A stretch of DNA of 54,556 nucleotides from a virus. Taxonomy: Duplodnaviria; Caudoviricetes. The translations under genes and the position numbers were made by a program. A model generated the notes under the pieces. That model was not told the DNA's origin. It saw nothing but the letters and a program-made list of their open reading frames with translations, and searched no databases. Shown here one piece after another: positions 1-10,205 of the stretch. The stretch is taken from positions 1 through 54,556 of the IMG/VR virus record IMGVR_UViG_3300001538_000003; one strand, 5' to 3'. Every line of letters starts with the position of its first letter. The stretch's first letter is position 1.

Positions 1-317
1 GGGACGGCTTCATTACGCTCAAGGCGCTCTCCGCGAAAGAGCGCGATGCGTTCGAGTCGTCCTTCATGGTGCAGAAGGGCAAGAAGCGCGAGTTCGTCAA
101 CGCCAATATCCGCGCCAAGCTCGTCGTCAAATGCGCGATCGACGAAGCGCAAAACCGCATCTGGTCCGACGACGACGCGGGCTGGCTCGGCGATAAGAAC
201 GCCTCGGCGGTTAACAGGCTGTATGAAGCCGCCGCGCGCCTCAGTGGCATCACCGAAGCCGATGCCGACGAACTCGAAAAAACCTCGAGCGGAGACCCTG
301 GCGACGCCTCCGCATAG
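1..317 (+). CDS. Tail assembly chaperone (gpG-like), C-terminal part; N-terminus at 54374-54556
   Basis: Frame from base 3 reads DGFITLKALSAKERDAFESS...ELEKTSS; lies between tail tube and tape measure genes. Confidence 0.8.
   Translation, partial: DGFITLKALSAKERDAFESSFMVQKGKKREFVNANIRAKLVVKCAIDEAQNRIWSDDDAGWLGDKNASAVNRLYEAAARLSGITEADADELEKTSSGDPGDASA
275..283 (+). other. Programmed -1 ribosomal frameshift site of the tail chaperone (C GAA AAA AC)
   Basis: A6 run near the chaperone 3' end; the -1 frame stays open to 526 and reads KNLERRPWRRLRIAIALELH...EIVELAAYFNI, resembling gpGT extensions. Confidence 0.7.
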
Positions 318-526
318 CGATCGCGCTCGAACTCCACCGCTTGGCGTCGGAGATGGATGACGTGCCAGCGGAGGAGATCGTCGAACTCGCCGCGTATTTC
401 AATATCAGGGAACGGGATAGGAAAGACGACACCGCAGACCGGCAACTGGAGGCCATGCGTGAAGAGAACGCGAGAGAGGGGACGTATAGCGGCCCGCCAG
501 TAATCGGGCGCGACTATCGAACGTAA
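281..526 (+). CDS. gpT-like frameshift extension of the tail chaperone
   Basis: Open -1 frame containing ORF 341..526; no strong independent start; canonical position. Confidence 0.7.
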   Translation, partial: NLERRPWRRLRIAIALELHRLASEMDDVPAEEIVELAAYFNIRERDRKDDTADRQLEAMREENAREGTYSGPPVIGRDYRT

Positions 527-542
527 CCAAGGAGTGCGCCGA

Positions 543-737
543 ATGAGCGATAAGCCCGCGTATTACACGGTTACCGACAACTTCGGCGTCCCCGTGGTAT
601 GGCATCGGGGCACAACGCTTCTCGACGTTCCGCTCAGCGTGTGGGAAGGAATTGAGCAGCTCAAGCGCGGCGAGGGAACGATCATTGACCTTGACAGTCT
701 CGAACTGCCGGACGATGACGACTGCGCGAGTGGGTAG
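543..737 (+). CDS. Hypothetical protein
   Basis: AAGGAG upstream; fills the gap before the tape measure gene. Confidence 0.55.
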   Translation: MSDKPAYYTVTDNFGVPVVWHRGTTLLDVPLSVWEGIEQLKRGEGTIIDLDSLELPDDDDCASG

Positions 738-743
738 CCCATA

Positions 744-3700
744 GTGGCAACGATTAATCGGCTCGTCACGCAACTGGCGGTCGACCCCGCGCCGATGGAG
801 GCGGGGTTCGCGCGCGGCATCAACATCACCAAAGCGTTCGCGCAGTCCGCCGCGCAAGCGTTGTCGACGCCCCCGCGCAACGCGCTCGGCCAGTTCTCGA
901 AGTTCGGCTCCGACGCGGCCAGCACCTTCGTCACGTCGCTCCAGAAAACCTACGCGCAGCAGCAAAGTCAACTGCTCGAAGCGTTCGCGCGTGGCTCGCT
1001 GTCGCGCAACCAGTTCGAGGTACTGGGTACGCAGGCCGCGCAGGGCTTCAATACCGCGCTCTTGAATAGCATCTCGCATCTCGACGCGAAGGGGTCGCTG
1101 ACGCCCGAACTGCGGGCGGGGCTCGTCAACACATTGAAAGAGACGGGCATCACGGGCGCGCAAGAGTTCGCCTCGGGCTTCGCGGCGATCGGCGGAAAGC
1201 TCCGCTCGCTGGGCCGCGACTTCACGCAGTTCGGTCTGGCTACGTCGCTTGCGATTACCGCGCCGCTCACGATAGGCGCGCATGAGGCGATAGCCGCCGC
1301 TGAGACTATCCAGCAGGCCATCGACCGGATCAAAGTGACGACAGGCGCGGTGGGGCCACAACTCGACGCGCTCGGCCGCAGCTTTACCACCCTGTTCGCC
1401 TCACTCCCCAACTCGGCGGACGACATCGCGAAGGCGCTCGCGGGCATCGCCCAAGCAACCGGCGCGACGGGTCCGCAACTCGAAGCGCTCGCGACGCAAG
1501 CGCTCAATCTGAGCCGCATCACGGGCACGGACTTGCCCACGAACGTGACCGCGACGCAGCGCGCATTCCAGGCGTGGGGCATTTCGCTTAACGACCAGAC
1601 GGCATCGCTCGACACACTGTTTAAGGTGAGCCAAGCGACGGGGACGACGGTCTCCACGTTGGGCGAGTCGCTCGGCCACTTCGCGCCCTCGCTCAAAGCG
1701 TTCGGGCTGACGTTCGCGCAGAGCGCATCGCTGATCGGCCAATTCCAGAAGAGCGGCCTCGACGCCGACGGCATTCTAACGACGCTCCAAACGTCGCTTG
1801 GGAAGTTCGCGGAGAAGGGCGTCGATGGGGCTCACGCATTGCAGCTGCTCATCGACTCGCTCAAGAACGCGGGCACCGATGCCGACGCGATCAATCTTGC
1901 TACGCGCATCTTCGGCCCACGACAGGCCGCGCAGATCAGCGAAGCGGTGCGCTCGGGCAGGCTCGACATCCAGAAGCTGACGGATGCCGTCGCGGCATCG
2001 GGGACAACGATCAATGGCACGGCGGCGACAACTGACCTCTACGTGACGGCGACGGGCAAGCTTCATAACGCCACGTCGCTCGCGGCTGGCGCAATCGGCG
2101 AGACACTGGAGCGCGCATTCTTAGCACTCGCGCCAACGCTTATCTCGATGGTGCATGGAGTACAGGGGGTCGCGGAGGCATTTGCCGCACTGTCGCCAGC
2201 CCTCACCAACACGATTATCGGCATCCTCGCGTTTGCGGCGGCGTTTGGCCCGCTCGTCTACGGGCTCGGAATCGCGTTGAAAGCGGCGGGCGCGCTGGGC
2301 TTGGGGCTCGGCATCATCGAGAAGTTCGCGGCGGGGAGCGCAGTCGCGGTCGGCGAAGTCGGCGCGGCATCGGCTGGCGCGGCGGTCGGGATCGAGGCGG
2401 CAGCTGGCGCGGAGGGGATTTTTGCGACCGGCTTGGCGGCACTCACCGGCCCCGTGGGCATCGCGATCATTGCCATCACGGCGATCATCGCCATCTATGA
2501 GCATTTCACGGGCGCGCAGCGCGATGCGACGACGGCGCTCCACGGCTTTCAGGAGACGGCAAAAACACTGAGCCAAACGCAGCTCAATATCGGGATCGCC
2601 GAACTGGATAAACAGATCGCGACGGTACAGGCGCGCATTGCCGACCTGAATAAGCCCTCCACCATTGCGCTCATCGGCATCAAGGTCGACACGAAAGAAC
2701 TGGAGAAAGCGAATCTGGAGCTTGTCACGCTGGGCGAGAAACGGGGCATCCTCGGAGATACGATGGAGGCGTCGAGGGCGGCGACACAGAAAGCCTCTGA
2801 TGCGATGGCGGAGTTCAATGACAAGGTTGCAAAGGTCATTGAGTCGACTGGCAAGGGGATCACAGTTGATCCTATAAACCTCGACAAGATCTCCGGTTCA
2901 CTCACGCACCTCCAGGCAGAGGCAAAAACGCTGGCCGATCAGCTCGCGAGTCGGAAAGCAATCGGTGGCTTCGACACGACGGTTGCCGAATCTGCGCTGC
3001 AGCACATCAACACAAAGATTCTGCAGCTCCAGAACGCGGGCGGTCCCGCGCTGGGTTCGATCTTCGATCAACTCTCGCCCGATCTCGTGCTCGCCGATAA
3101 GCAAGTCACGGCGCTGATCGAGCACGCGACGAACTTGGGCGGGCCGCTCCAGCAACTCTCCGACGTGCATCTGAGCACGACCCTCTTGGACGATCTCGCG
3201 AAAGTGAATGAGCGGCTGGACACTATCAAGGATAAGTCCTCGCTCGACGCGGTCGCGCTGACGTCGATGCAGAAGAAGCTGCAGGGCACAATCGCGGCGC
3301 AGATCGCGACGAATGTCACGGGCTCGGGCGCGTTCCAGATCGACATCGACGGGCACGTCAAGAGCATCGTCGTCGACCCTGCGGCGGGCCGTCAGTTGCT
3401 CGGTACGGTCACTGAAGGGCTGGCAGCGGTGCGCGAGACCGCTGAACGCGCAGCGGCGGCGCAGTTGAACCTTGAGACCGTCACTGCGACTGGCGGCTTG
3501 CTCGATATCGAGCTTGCGGGCACGGCGGCGGATGTCGCGTTTCAGAAGGCGAAGCAGACGCAGGACGCCTTCCGCAAGAGTGTTCAGGATTCACGCACCG
3601 CCACGGATGAACAGAAGGCCGCGTTAGCGGCGCTGGCCGATGAAGTCACGCGCGCGGGCGCGACGGAGACAAACATCAAGGTGGCTGTCGGTCTCAAGCC

Positions 3701-5534
3701 GGAAGATATCGCATTCATCGCAACCGACGCGCAAAAGATGATCGACAGACTCCCATCGCCAATACTGCCGGTGAAAGTGTTTCTCGATACGCTCGCCCTC
3801 AATGCGCTGACGACTGAGGCGGCGGGCGCGCTCCAGACAGCACAAATCCAGGCACTCGCGGGGCAAGGTGCACAAGCGCAAGGTACGCGGAACGCAACGC
3901 TCGACGCACTGGCCAAGCAGTTCAAGGATTTGGCGAGCACGATGGACCTGAAGAACCCGACGACCGAGAACATCCAGTCGTTCAACCTCATCCAGAAGTC
4001 GGCGGCGACGCTCGGCGTCAGCCTTGAAGAACTCGAGAAGCGCAACGAGGCGTTGACGCTAGTCGGTAGTGTCAAGCAGATCGCCGCCGCGTTCGCAGAC
4101 GTAACCGCCGCTATTGCTGGCGCACAGTCGGCCATCGCCAACCTCGTCGATGGGTTCGTGAACGCGCTGAGCGCGGCGAAGAATCTCGCGGATGCTATCA
4201 AAAGTGTACAGGCTGCAAACTTGGCGAAGACATCGAACGCGGACGCCGCGATCAGTACGGTGCAGAACGTCGCGCAACTCGCGGGGCCGGTCGGTCAGGC
4301 GATTGCCGCTGGGATTCAAGTCGTCAAAGGCGTCGTTGGGTTCATCAGCGGGCTATTTGGTGAGTCGGCGTTACAGAAAGAACACGACGCCATCCAGAAC
4401 TCGAACACTGCGGCGCTTAAGAACCTCACGAACTCGCTCGACCGGCAGGCGGGAACGGCAGGACGCGCGGCGCAAATCGCATCTGCCGCAACGGCGGCGC
4501 AAACCCGTCCATTCTCCGTTGCGGATGAGGCGGCGTTCCCCGAACTGCGTAGAGATGCGGCGGGTTTCGCGGCGGAGCTCGCGAAATACGGGTTGACAAT
4601 CGATCAGGCGGAAGCGGCTGCCAAAGCATTCGGTATTACGCTCTTCGATAGTAAACATCATCTCGTGGGTCTGAGTGCGCTGGCGGATGCCGAGGCGGCG
4701 CAAGCGAAGATACTCCTTACGCTTGGGACTGATCTCTCGACTCAGCAGAAACTCATCGCCGTGCAGAACGCGGTCAATAACGTTGCCGCGTCTCCACAGC
4801 AGGCGTTGAACGATCAGATAAAGGCGATCACCACGACGCTTGGAGCACAGTCGGCCATCGCAAAGCAATTGACCGACGCGCAGGCGCAAGGGCCGGAGGC
4901 GCTTCGGGCCGCGCTCAAGGCGCTTGTCGCGCAGATCGAGGCGGGCACGCTCACCCTTGCGGACTTGGGCGGCTTCAACAGCGTGACGGACTTGCTCGAC
5001 GCGCTGGGCACGACGGCAACTGATCTGAACGCACTCGGCGACGCGGCGAATAAGTCGATGGATGCCCTGCTTAACGTGCCGCAGGGCTTCAAGAAGGCGC
5101 TGGCGGAGTTCAACGCGACGACCGCACAGACGTCGAGCACAGCCACGCTGCCCACAACGTTCACGGGGAATATCATCCCGAATATCGACCCCGTTGCGGG
5201 CGGGCTCGCGGTCTCGGCGTCTATCGTCAACGGAACCGCGCCCCTGACGGACGCGATTCTCAAGCTGGCTGGCGTTATCGACCCCACGGGTACGAGTTCG
5301 GGCGGCATCGTCGGCTCGTCGCCCTTGCTCGGCACGTTCGCTGATGCACTCGCAGGCAAGACGACAACGGGCGTGAGTAGCGGCGATGTGCAACTGCACG
5401 GCGTCACGATCAATATCGACGCGCGGGACAAGACAGCCGCGCAACTCTTCGGCCTCATCAAGACCGAGGTGCAGAAGGTAGCGCGTCAAAAAACCGGCGA
5501 CTCGACGCAGATCGTTGTCGCCTTCCAACAGTAA
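744..5534 (+). CDS. Tail tape measure protein
   Basis: 1596 aa, Ala-rich and helical with central hydrophobic segments; follows the chaperone frameshift. Confidence 0.95.
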   Translation: MATINRLVTQLAVDPAPMEAGFARGINITKAFAQSAAQALSTPPRNALGQFSKFGSDAASTFVTSLQKTYAQQQSQLLEAFARGSLSRNQFEVLGTQAAQGFNTALLNSISHLDAKGSLTPELRAGLVNTLKETGITGAQEFASGFAAIGGKLRSLGRDFTQFGLATSLAITAPLTIGAHEAIAAAETIQQAIDRIKVTTGAVGPQLDALGRSFTTLFASLPNSADDIAKALAGIAQATGATGPQLEALATQALNLSRITGTDLPTNVTATQRAFQAWGISLNDQTASLDTLFKVSQATGTTVSTLGESLGHFAPSLKAFGLTFAQSASLIGQFQKSGLDADGILTTLQTSLGKFAEKGVDGAHALQLLIDSLKNAGTDADAINLATRIFGPRQAAQISEAVRSGRLDIQKLTDAVAASGTTINGTAATTDLYVTATGKLHNATSLAAGAIGETLERAFLALAPTLISMVHGVQGVAEAFAALSPALTNTIIGILAFAAAFGPLVYGLGIALKAAGALGLGLGIIEKFAAGSAVAVGEVGAASAGAAVGIEAAAGAEGIFATGLAALTGPVGIAIIAITAIIAIYEHFTGAQRDATTALHGFQETAKTLSQTQLNIGIAELDKQIATVQARIADLNKPSTIALIGIKVDTKELEKANLELVTLGEKRGILGDTMEASRAATQKASDAMAEFNDKVAKVIESTGKGITVDPINLDKISGSLTHLQAEAKTLADQLASRKAIGGFDTTVAESALQHINTKILQLQNAGGPALGSIFDQLSPDLVLADKQVTALIEHATNLGGPLQQLSDVHLSTTLLDDLAKVNERLDTIKDKSSLDAVALTSMQKKLQGTIAAQIATNVTGSGAFQIDIDGHVKSIVVDPAAGRQLLGTVTEGLAAVRETAERAAAAQLNLETVTATGGLLDIELAGTAADVAFQKAKQTQDAFRKSVQDSRTATDEQKAALAALADEVTRAGATETNIKVAVGLKPEDIAFIATDAQKMIDRLPSPILPVKVFLDTLALNALTTEAAGALQTAQIQALAGQGAQAQGTRNATLDALAKQFKDLASTMDLKNPTTENIQSFNLIQKSAATLGVSLEELEKRNEALTLVGSVKQIAAAFADVTAAIAGAQSAIANLVDGFVNALSAAKNLADAIKSVQAANLAKTSNADAAISTVQNVAQLAGPVGQAIAAGIQVVKGVVGFISGLFGESALQKEHDAIQNSNTAALKNLTNSLDRQAGTAGRAAQIASAATAAQTRPFSVADEAAFPELRRDAAGFAAELAKYGLTIDQAEAAAKAFGITLFDSKHHLVGLSALADAEAAQAKILLTLGTDLSTQQKLIAVQNAVNNVAASPQQALNDQIKAITTTLGAQSAIAKQLTDAQAQGPEALRAALKALVAQIEAGTLTLADLGGFNSVTDLLDALGTTATDLNALGDAANKSMDALLNVPQGFKKALAEFNATTAQTSSTATLPTTFTGNIIPNIDPVAGGLAVSASIVNGTAPLTDAILKLAGVIDPTGTSSGGIVGSSPLLGTFADALAGKTTTGVSSGDVQLHGVTINIDARDKTAAQLFGLIKTEVQKVARQKTGDSTQIVVAFQQ

Positions 5535-5549
5535 ACGAGAGGCGAATCC

Positions 5550-6065
5550 GTGAATAACAGCCATCTGCAAATTACGAATAAGACGGGGCTTGGCAGTGAT
5601 AGCTACATCAGGATGAATGATCGCCCCCTAGTGGACTGCTTCGGTTGCGATGTGCGTCTCGATGCAGATGGTCTTGTAGAGGTCACGCTCAAATGCTACG
5701 CCGTGAACACGCCGATGAGCGATGAATCAATCGCCCGATGCGATGCCGCAGCACTCGATCAAGGGGACAACGCGATCTTGATTGATCTGCAAAACGCATG
5801 GGTTGAATTGCAGATCAAATCGCTCTGGCCCGACGAGAAGACACGCCCAAGCTTCCGCGTCTTTATCGAACCCGATGCAGTTGTCGAGCAGGACGAACCC
5901 GCGCCACCGCCCAATGCCGTGAGGTCGTTTCGACTTCCGTGCGTGCGAGGTAAAGAAGAGAAATCACCGGCTGACCTGTTCGCTGAGGTAAAAGCCGAGG
6001 CACGAAAAGCCGCGCACCAGCGACTCGAAGACGCGTGGAAATCCGACGCACCCGAGCATCCGTAG
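5550..6065 (+). CDS. Hypothetical protein with a C-terminal helix resembling the tape measure C-terminus
   Basis: GAGG upstream; 171 aa; EKSPADLFAEVKAEARKAAHQR. Confidence 0.6.
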   Translation: MNNSHLQITNKTGLGSDSYIRMNDRPLVDCFGCDVRLDADGLVEVTLKCYAVNTPMSDESIARCDAAALDQGDNAILIDLQNAWVELQIKSLWPDEKTRPSFRVFIEPDAVVEQDEPAPPPNAVRSFRLPCVRGKEEKSPADLFAEVKAEARKAAHQRLEDAWKSDAPEHP

Positions 6066-6068
6066 CCT

Positions 6069-6413
6069 ATGCCCTTCCTGACGCTTGGCGGTTCCACGAT
6101 CGAAGTGCAGCACTCAGGCGCAGCAGAGGACGCGCCCACCTATATCGGAGAGGCGTCGCGCTCGTTCTCGGGCCTCTACCGTTCGGGCGTGCGCGCGTCG
6201 AAGCGGCAGTGGACGTTCACCGTCATCCCTGAACTCGCCGCCGCCGACACGTCGCTCCGCACGCTCATCGGGCTCGACGTGCAACTGACGGCCAACGGCG
6301 ACTTCAACGGCGGCACTGCCGTCACAGTCGTCGCGCGGCTCGGGGCCGACCAGTTCATCCCCGACGGCACGGGCTTTCAGCGCGTCGCGGCGCTCACCAT
6401 CATCGAAGTCTGA
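6069..6413 (+). CDS. Putative distal tail / minor tail protein
   Basis: Position after the tape measure; beta-rich 114 aa. Confidence 0.6.
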   Translation: MPFLTLGGSTIEVQHSGAAEDAPTYIGEASRSFSGLYRSGVRASKRQWTFTVIPELAAADTSLRTLIGLDVQLTANGDFNGGTAVTVVARLGADQFIPDGTGFQRVAALTIIEV

Positions 6414-6424
6414 GCGCAGCATAG

Positions 6425-8902
6425 ATGCGAACGATCACGTCGCCGGAACGCGCGTTGCTCGCAAGCGCGCACGCCAACTTCTATCTCCGCGTGGAGGTGA
6501 AGGATAGCGTAGCGGCGTGGCGCGACCTCACCGCGTTAGGCGGCGTGGATTACGTCGATTCCGTGACGTGGAGTGCCAGCATTGATACGGCGGTAATGAC
6601 GGGCTCGGTCACGTTGAAGCGCGAGCAAGGCGGCATCTCCCTCTCGCCACTCCTGTCTAGCAGCTCCCTCAACACGCCCGGCCCGTTCCTTGACGTGGGG
6701 CGCGGCATCCGCATCTCGACGGCGGTCACCGCGCACGCCACCGCGCCCGTGAGTGGCGACTGGAAGGAAGTGTTCTTAGGGCTCGTCACGGACATCGATT
6801 TCGCGGGCGACCCCATCACGCTCACGATCAGCGATCTGGGCGCGGCACTCACCGACCTCCAGATCGAGACGCTCAAGGTGTACGGCGATGTCGGCGGCAT
6901 CCCCGTCGAAGCGGTGATGCAGAACATCTTGGACGATAACGCGGGCGCGGGCGTCTATACGCTCGTCACCCCGACATCCCCGACGTGGAACATCCTGCCG
7001 TATCAGCAGTTACAGGGCTCCGTCTTGGAAGCCATCCGCGCGCTCGCGCTCCAGATCGGGTGGGATGTGCGCTACGTCTACAATGCGTCCAACGTGTTTG
7101 CGCTCACGTTCTACTCACCGAACCGCGCGAAGACGACCCCGGACGCCACCATCGGGCCAGATGAGTATCTCAACGTCTCGCGGCTCGCGATCAGCAACGC
7201 CGACGTGCGGAACGTGTGCAAGGTCAACTTCCAAGACAAAACGACGCTGGTGGTGGCATCCGCTGAAGCGTCCGACTCAGGGAGTATCGCGGAGTTCGGG
7301 CGGCGCTACATGGAAATAGGCGAAGGCTCCTCGAGCAACATCGATACGCTGGTTGAGGCACAAGCGATGGCCACCGCCGCCGTGTCAGATCTCAGCGAGC
7401 CACTCGCCGATCAGGCCATCGAGCAGTTCTACTTCTGGCCGGTGCAGCTCGGCGACTTGCTCGCGTATACCGCCAACGGCGTGCATTACGACACGAACCA
7501 AGCGTTCGGCGTGGTGAGTTACTCGCACACGCTCAGCATGGCGAGCCATCGGACGACGATCACGGTGCGGGGCAAGGTCGCGGGCGCGTATCGTCAGTGG
7601 CTCCTCACGCGGAACGGCGAGTTCTCGGGGCAGATCACGACCGGGCCAGCGCCAGAGATCTTCCCGCTCTTGGCTGAGGCCAACGCCTTCGAGGATCCGA
7701 CGCGCGACGGGATGGCGTGGCAGCAAGTCAAGTTCGAAGTCTTGGCGGCCAAGATCGACATCTACGCGGTCGAAAATGCGACGGGTGGCCCCGGTGTGTT
7801 TGTCCCTATCCCTGAACTGAGCGCGACGCGACTCGCGTACTCCCTCGAGCGCCAAGAGGGCGACAAGTGGAATGCGCCCGATCAGACGTTCATTGTCGGC
7901 ATCGCGACCCGCGCTAGCTACTACCGGAAAACTATCTGCTTGGGCGTGGGCTACGATGGTGCGCGAGGCCCAACGGTCGCCAACGAGGCGCAAGCGGTGG
8001 ACGTGGGCACGCCGCCATCGGGTCCGCCGACCGGGTTCTCTGTCACGAGTTCGGGCACGGCCAACCGCGTCGTGTGGACGGTGGCCGACTCGCTCGCCTA
8101 TACCCTGCTCTTCCGAAACGGCTACGGGATCGTGCTCCAGCCCGGCGAGGCCGCGTTCTTGGACACCAATATCAATAGTTCGATCGCGTACAGTTACCGT
8201 GTCTGCCATTGGCGGAACGGGCAAACGTCGGCCTTCGCCGGCACTGGTATCGGCGGTGCACCACCGCCGCCGGTCACGGTTCCGCCAGTCGCTACCGCCG
8301 TCACCGCGCCGACGTGGACTGCGGGCTATCCCGTGAGCACGGGCACGAACGGTGTGGACTACCGCTGGACGGCGGACGGCGCGACGACGGAAATCGCGAT
8401 TGAAGTCTCCGTGTTCACCATCATCTCGGGCGTGTGGTCGGCGCACGTCATCTTCCCTTCGACCGACGTGACGCACGTCCCCTCGGGTGCCTACGTCGAT
8501 ACGGGATTCCCGGCTGGCACGACGTTGCAGGCCCGCATCAGGGCACTCGTGAGTGGCGTCTACTACTACTCCGCGCCTGCCAATGTGCGCTACGGGGTGC
8601 CCACGGCGACACCACCGCCCACATTCGTCGGCGGCTCCCCGAATCGCTTTCTCTTTTCGCTCGGCGTGTATCATACCGCGTTCTACTGGACGATGCAGGA
8701 CGCGACGTGGCTCACGGCGATTCTGGAACTGCAGGACGTGGGGCTGACAACGTTCACGACGCTCTACACGCAGACGAACATGGGCGGCCTCACGTCGGGC
8801 AACTACATATCCACGTCAGACTTGGGCGGTCGCAAGGTGCGCCTGGTGCTCACGTACACGGGCGGCGGAACGGCGAGCACGCCCCTCACGACGGTGTTCT
8901 GA
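6425..8902 (+). CDS. Tail tip / baseplate hub-like protein with C-terminal FnIII-like repeats
   Basis: 825 aa; N-terminal tail-protein-like region; PSGPPTGFSV...VVW...YSYRV FnIII-like pattern. Confidence 0.7.
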   Translation: MRTITSPERALLASAHANFYLRVEVKDSVAAWRDLTALGGVDYVDSVTWSASIDTAVMTGSVTLKREQGGISLSPLLSSSSLNTPGPFLDVGRGIRISTAVTAHATAPVSGDWKEVFLGLVTDIDFAGDPITLTISDLGAALTDLQIETLKVYGDVGGIPVEAVMQNILDDNAGAGVYTLVTPTSPTWNILPYQQLQGSVLEAIRALALQIGWDVRYVYNASNVFALTFYSPNRAKTTPDATIGPDEYLNVSRLAISNADVRNVCKVNFQDKTTLVVASAEASDSGSIAEFGRRYMEIGEGSSSNIDTLVEAQAMATAAVSDLSEPLADQAIEQFYFWPVQLGDLLAYTANGVHYDTNQAFGVVSYSHTLSMASHRTTITVRGKVAGAYRQWLLTRNGEFSGQITTGPAPEIFPLLAEANAFEDPTRDGMAWQQVKFEVLAAKIDIYAVENATGGPGVFVPIPELSATRLAYSLERQEGDKWNAPDQTFIVGIATRASYYRKTICLGVGYDGARGPTVANEAQAVDVGTPPSGPPTGFSVTSSGTANRVVWTVADSLAYTLLFRNGYGIVLQPGEAAFLDTNINSSIAYSYRVCHWRNGQTSAFAGTGIGGAPPPPVTVPPVATAVTAPTWTAGYPVSTGTNGVDYRWTADGATTEIAIEVSVFTIISGVWSAHVIFPSTDVTHVPSGAYVDTGFPAGTTLQARIRALVSGVYYYSAPANVRYGVPTATPPPTFVGGSPNRFLFSLGVYHTAFYWTMQDATWLTAILELQDVGLTTFTTLYTQTNMGGLTSGNYISTSDLGGRKVRLVLTYTGGGTASTPLTTVF

Positions 8903-8903
8903 C

Positions 8904-9377
8904 ATGACAGCGCCCCCGATTAAAGACGCGCTCGGACGCCCGGCGATAGAGTTAGCTGGGGTAACCGGCCCCGATGCGTTCTCGACGCTCGGGAGCGGCC
9001 TCATCTTGCTCGGCACGGAGTTCGGGACCGGCCAAGCCACGGCGAGCGTCATCGCCAACGAGTACGGCCAAGTCGATCGCGTGCCGTTCCCGATTGCGTG
9101 GGAGCGGTGGGACATCCTCGCCTACGATACCGCCGGGGCCGCGCTGGCTATTAGCGCGGTGGTGGACGTGCTGGCGACAACCTACGCCACTAACAGCTTC
9201 GCGAGCATCGCGGGCACGGATCTGCCCACGCTCGCGAGCGCGCCTAAGAACACATCTATTCTGCTCACGGGCTGGACGCTCTCTAACCCCGCCGACACGA
9301 TGTACCGCTTCAAGCTGGTGAGCTTCACCGGCTCGCCCGCGAAGATCGTGGTCGGTATCCGAGGGTTCGCCACATGA
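8904..9377 (+). CDS. Minor tail / structural protein
   Basis: Tightly coupled within the tail operon; beta-rich. Confidence 0.55.
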   Translation: MTAPPIKDALGRPAIELAGVTGPDAFSTLGSGLILLGTEFGTGQATASVIANEYGQVDRVPFPIAWERWDILAYDTAGAALAISAVVDVLATTYATNSFASIAGTDLPTLASAPKNTSILLTGWTLSNPADTMYRFKLVSFTGSPAKIVVGIRGFAT

Positions 9378-10129
9378 CAACGCGCGCAGTCATCGTAGGC
9401 CCCATTCGTCGGGGAGCGGCCACACCACCCGCGCCGCCAGCCGATCTGTGCGGATGGGATGAGGGTTTCGATCAAGCCGACTTCGCCGCCTTCCGCGCGC
9501 AGTACGAGTTCTTCGGCACCGGCGAGTTCTTTAGCGTCAACCCAGACCCGCCCGGCTCCGCGATCACCGTGGCTGGAAGCCGTCTCCTCTTGGCGGGCGA
9601 TGGGGGCGCGTTCGGCTCCATCCAGTTCAACCGCGTCCCCGCCTCCAGTGGCTACCTCAATGCGTGGGTGAAGATCGAGGGCGAGATGCTAGGTGGTGCC
9701 TACGTGCCGAACACGGCGAGCAGCTATTCGGCAGACGCGGTGGGACTCGCGCTCTATCACGATCCAGGTTTTGGCACGGTCGTTGACATCGACAACACCA
9801 CGAGTTACGGCATCTTGATCGACGGCCCGGTGGCGGGCGTGATCCACACCAGCGACACCACGCACCCGCCCACCAACTTCCCCTCGGGGCTGTGGGCGGT
9901 CTACATCTGCCTCTCCTATAGCGGCACGGCGCTCACGGTGGAGTACTGGATCAACCCCGCGCCCGGTGACGCGGCTGACTACACGCTCACGCACACCGAC
10001 ATCGTGGACGTCATTAATGCCACCAGCGTGGAGTTCTTCAATCCGGTGACGCTGGGAACCACGCTTGCGGTTGACCGCGTGCGCGTGGTATGCGGCACCC
10101 GCGCCTCTGACCCGTTCGGGATTCTCTAG
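9374..10129 (+). CDS. Putative receptor-binding / lectin-like tail protein
   Basis: ATGA overlap; acidic, aromatic, beta-rich; last gene of the tail block. Confidence 0.5.
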   Translation: MTTRAVIVGPIRRGAATPPAPPADLCGWDEGFDQADFAAFRAQYEFFGTGEFFSVNPDPPGSAITVAGSRLLLAGDGGAFGSIQFNRVPASSGYLNAWVKIEGEMLGGAYVPNTASSYSADAVGLALYHDPGFGTVVDIDNTTSYGILIDGPVAGVIHTSDTTHPPTNFPSGLWAVYICLSYSGTALTVEYWINPAPGDAADYTLTHTDIVDVINATSVEFFNPVTLGTTLAVDRVRVVCGTRASDPFGIL

Positions 10130-10205
10130 CAATGTTCGCGGCCCGTTGTCGCGGGCGCTATTATTCGGTACGCGATACGCGGTACACAGGAGGTCTATAC
10201 GCGCG

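Noticed and set aside
405-8674. Long minus-strand ORFs (e.g. 4371..5570, 7385..8674; likewise 26157..27251 and 47773..49185)
   Set aside because: Antisense shadows of GC-rich coding genes, with Arg/Ala-rich translations and no motifs
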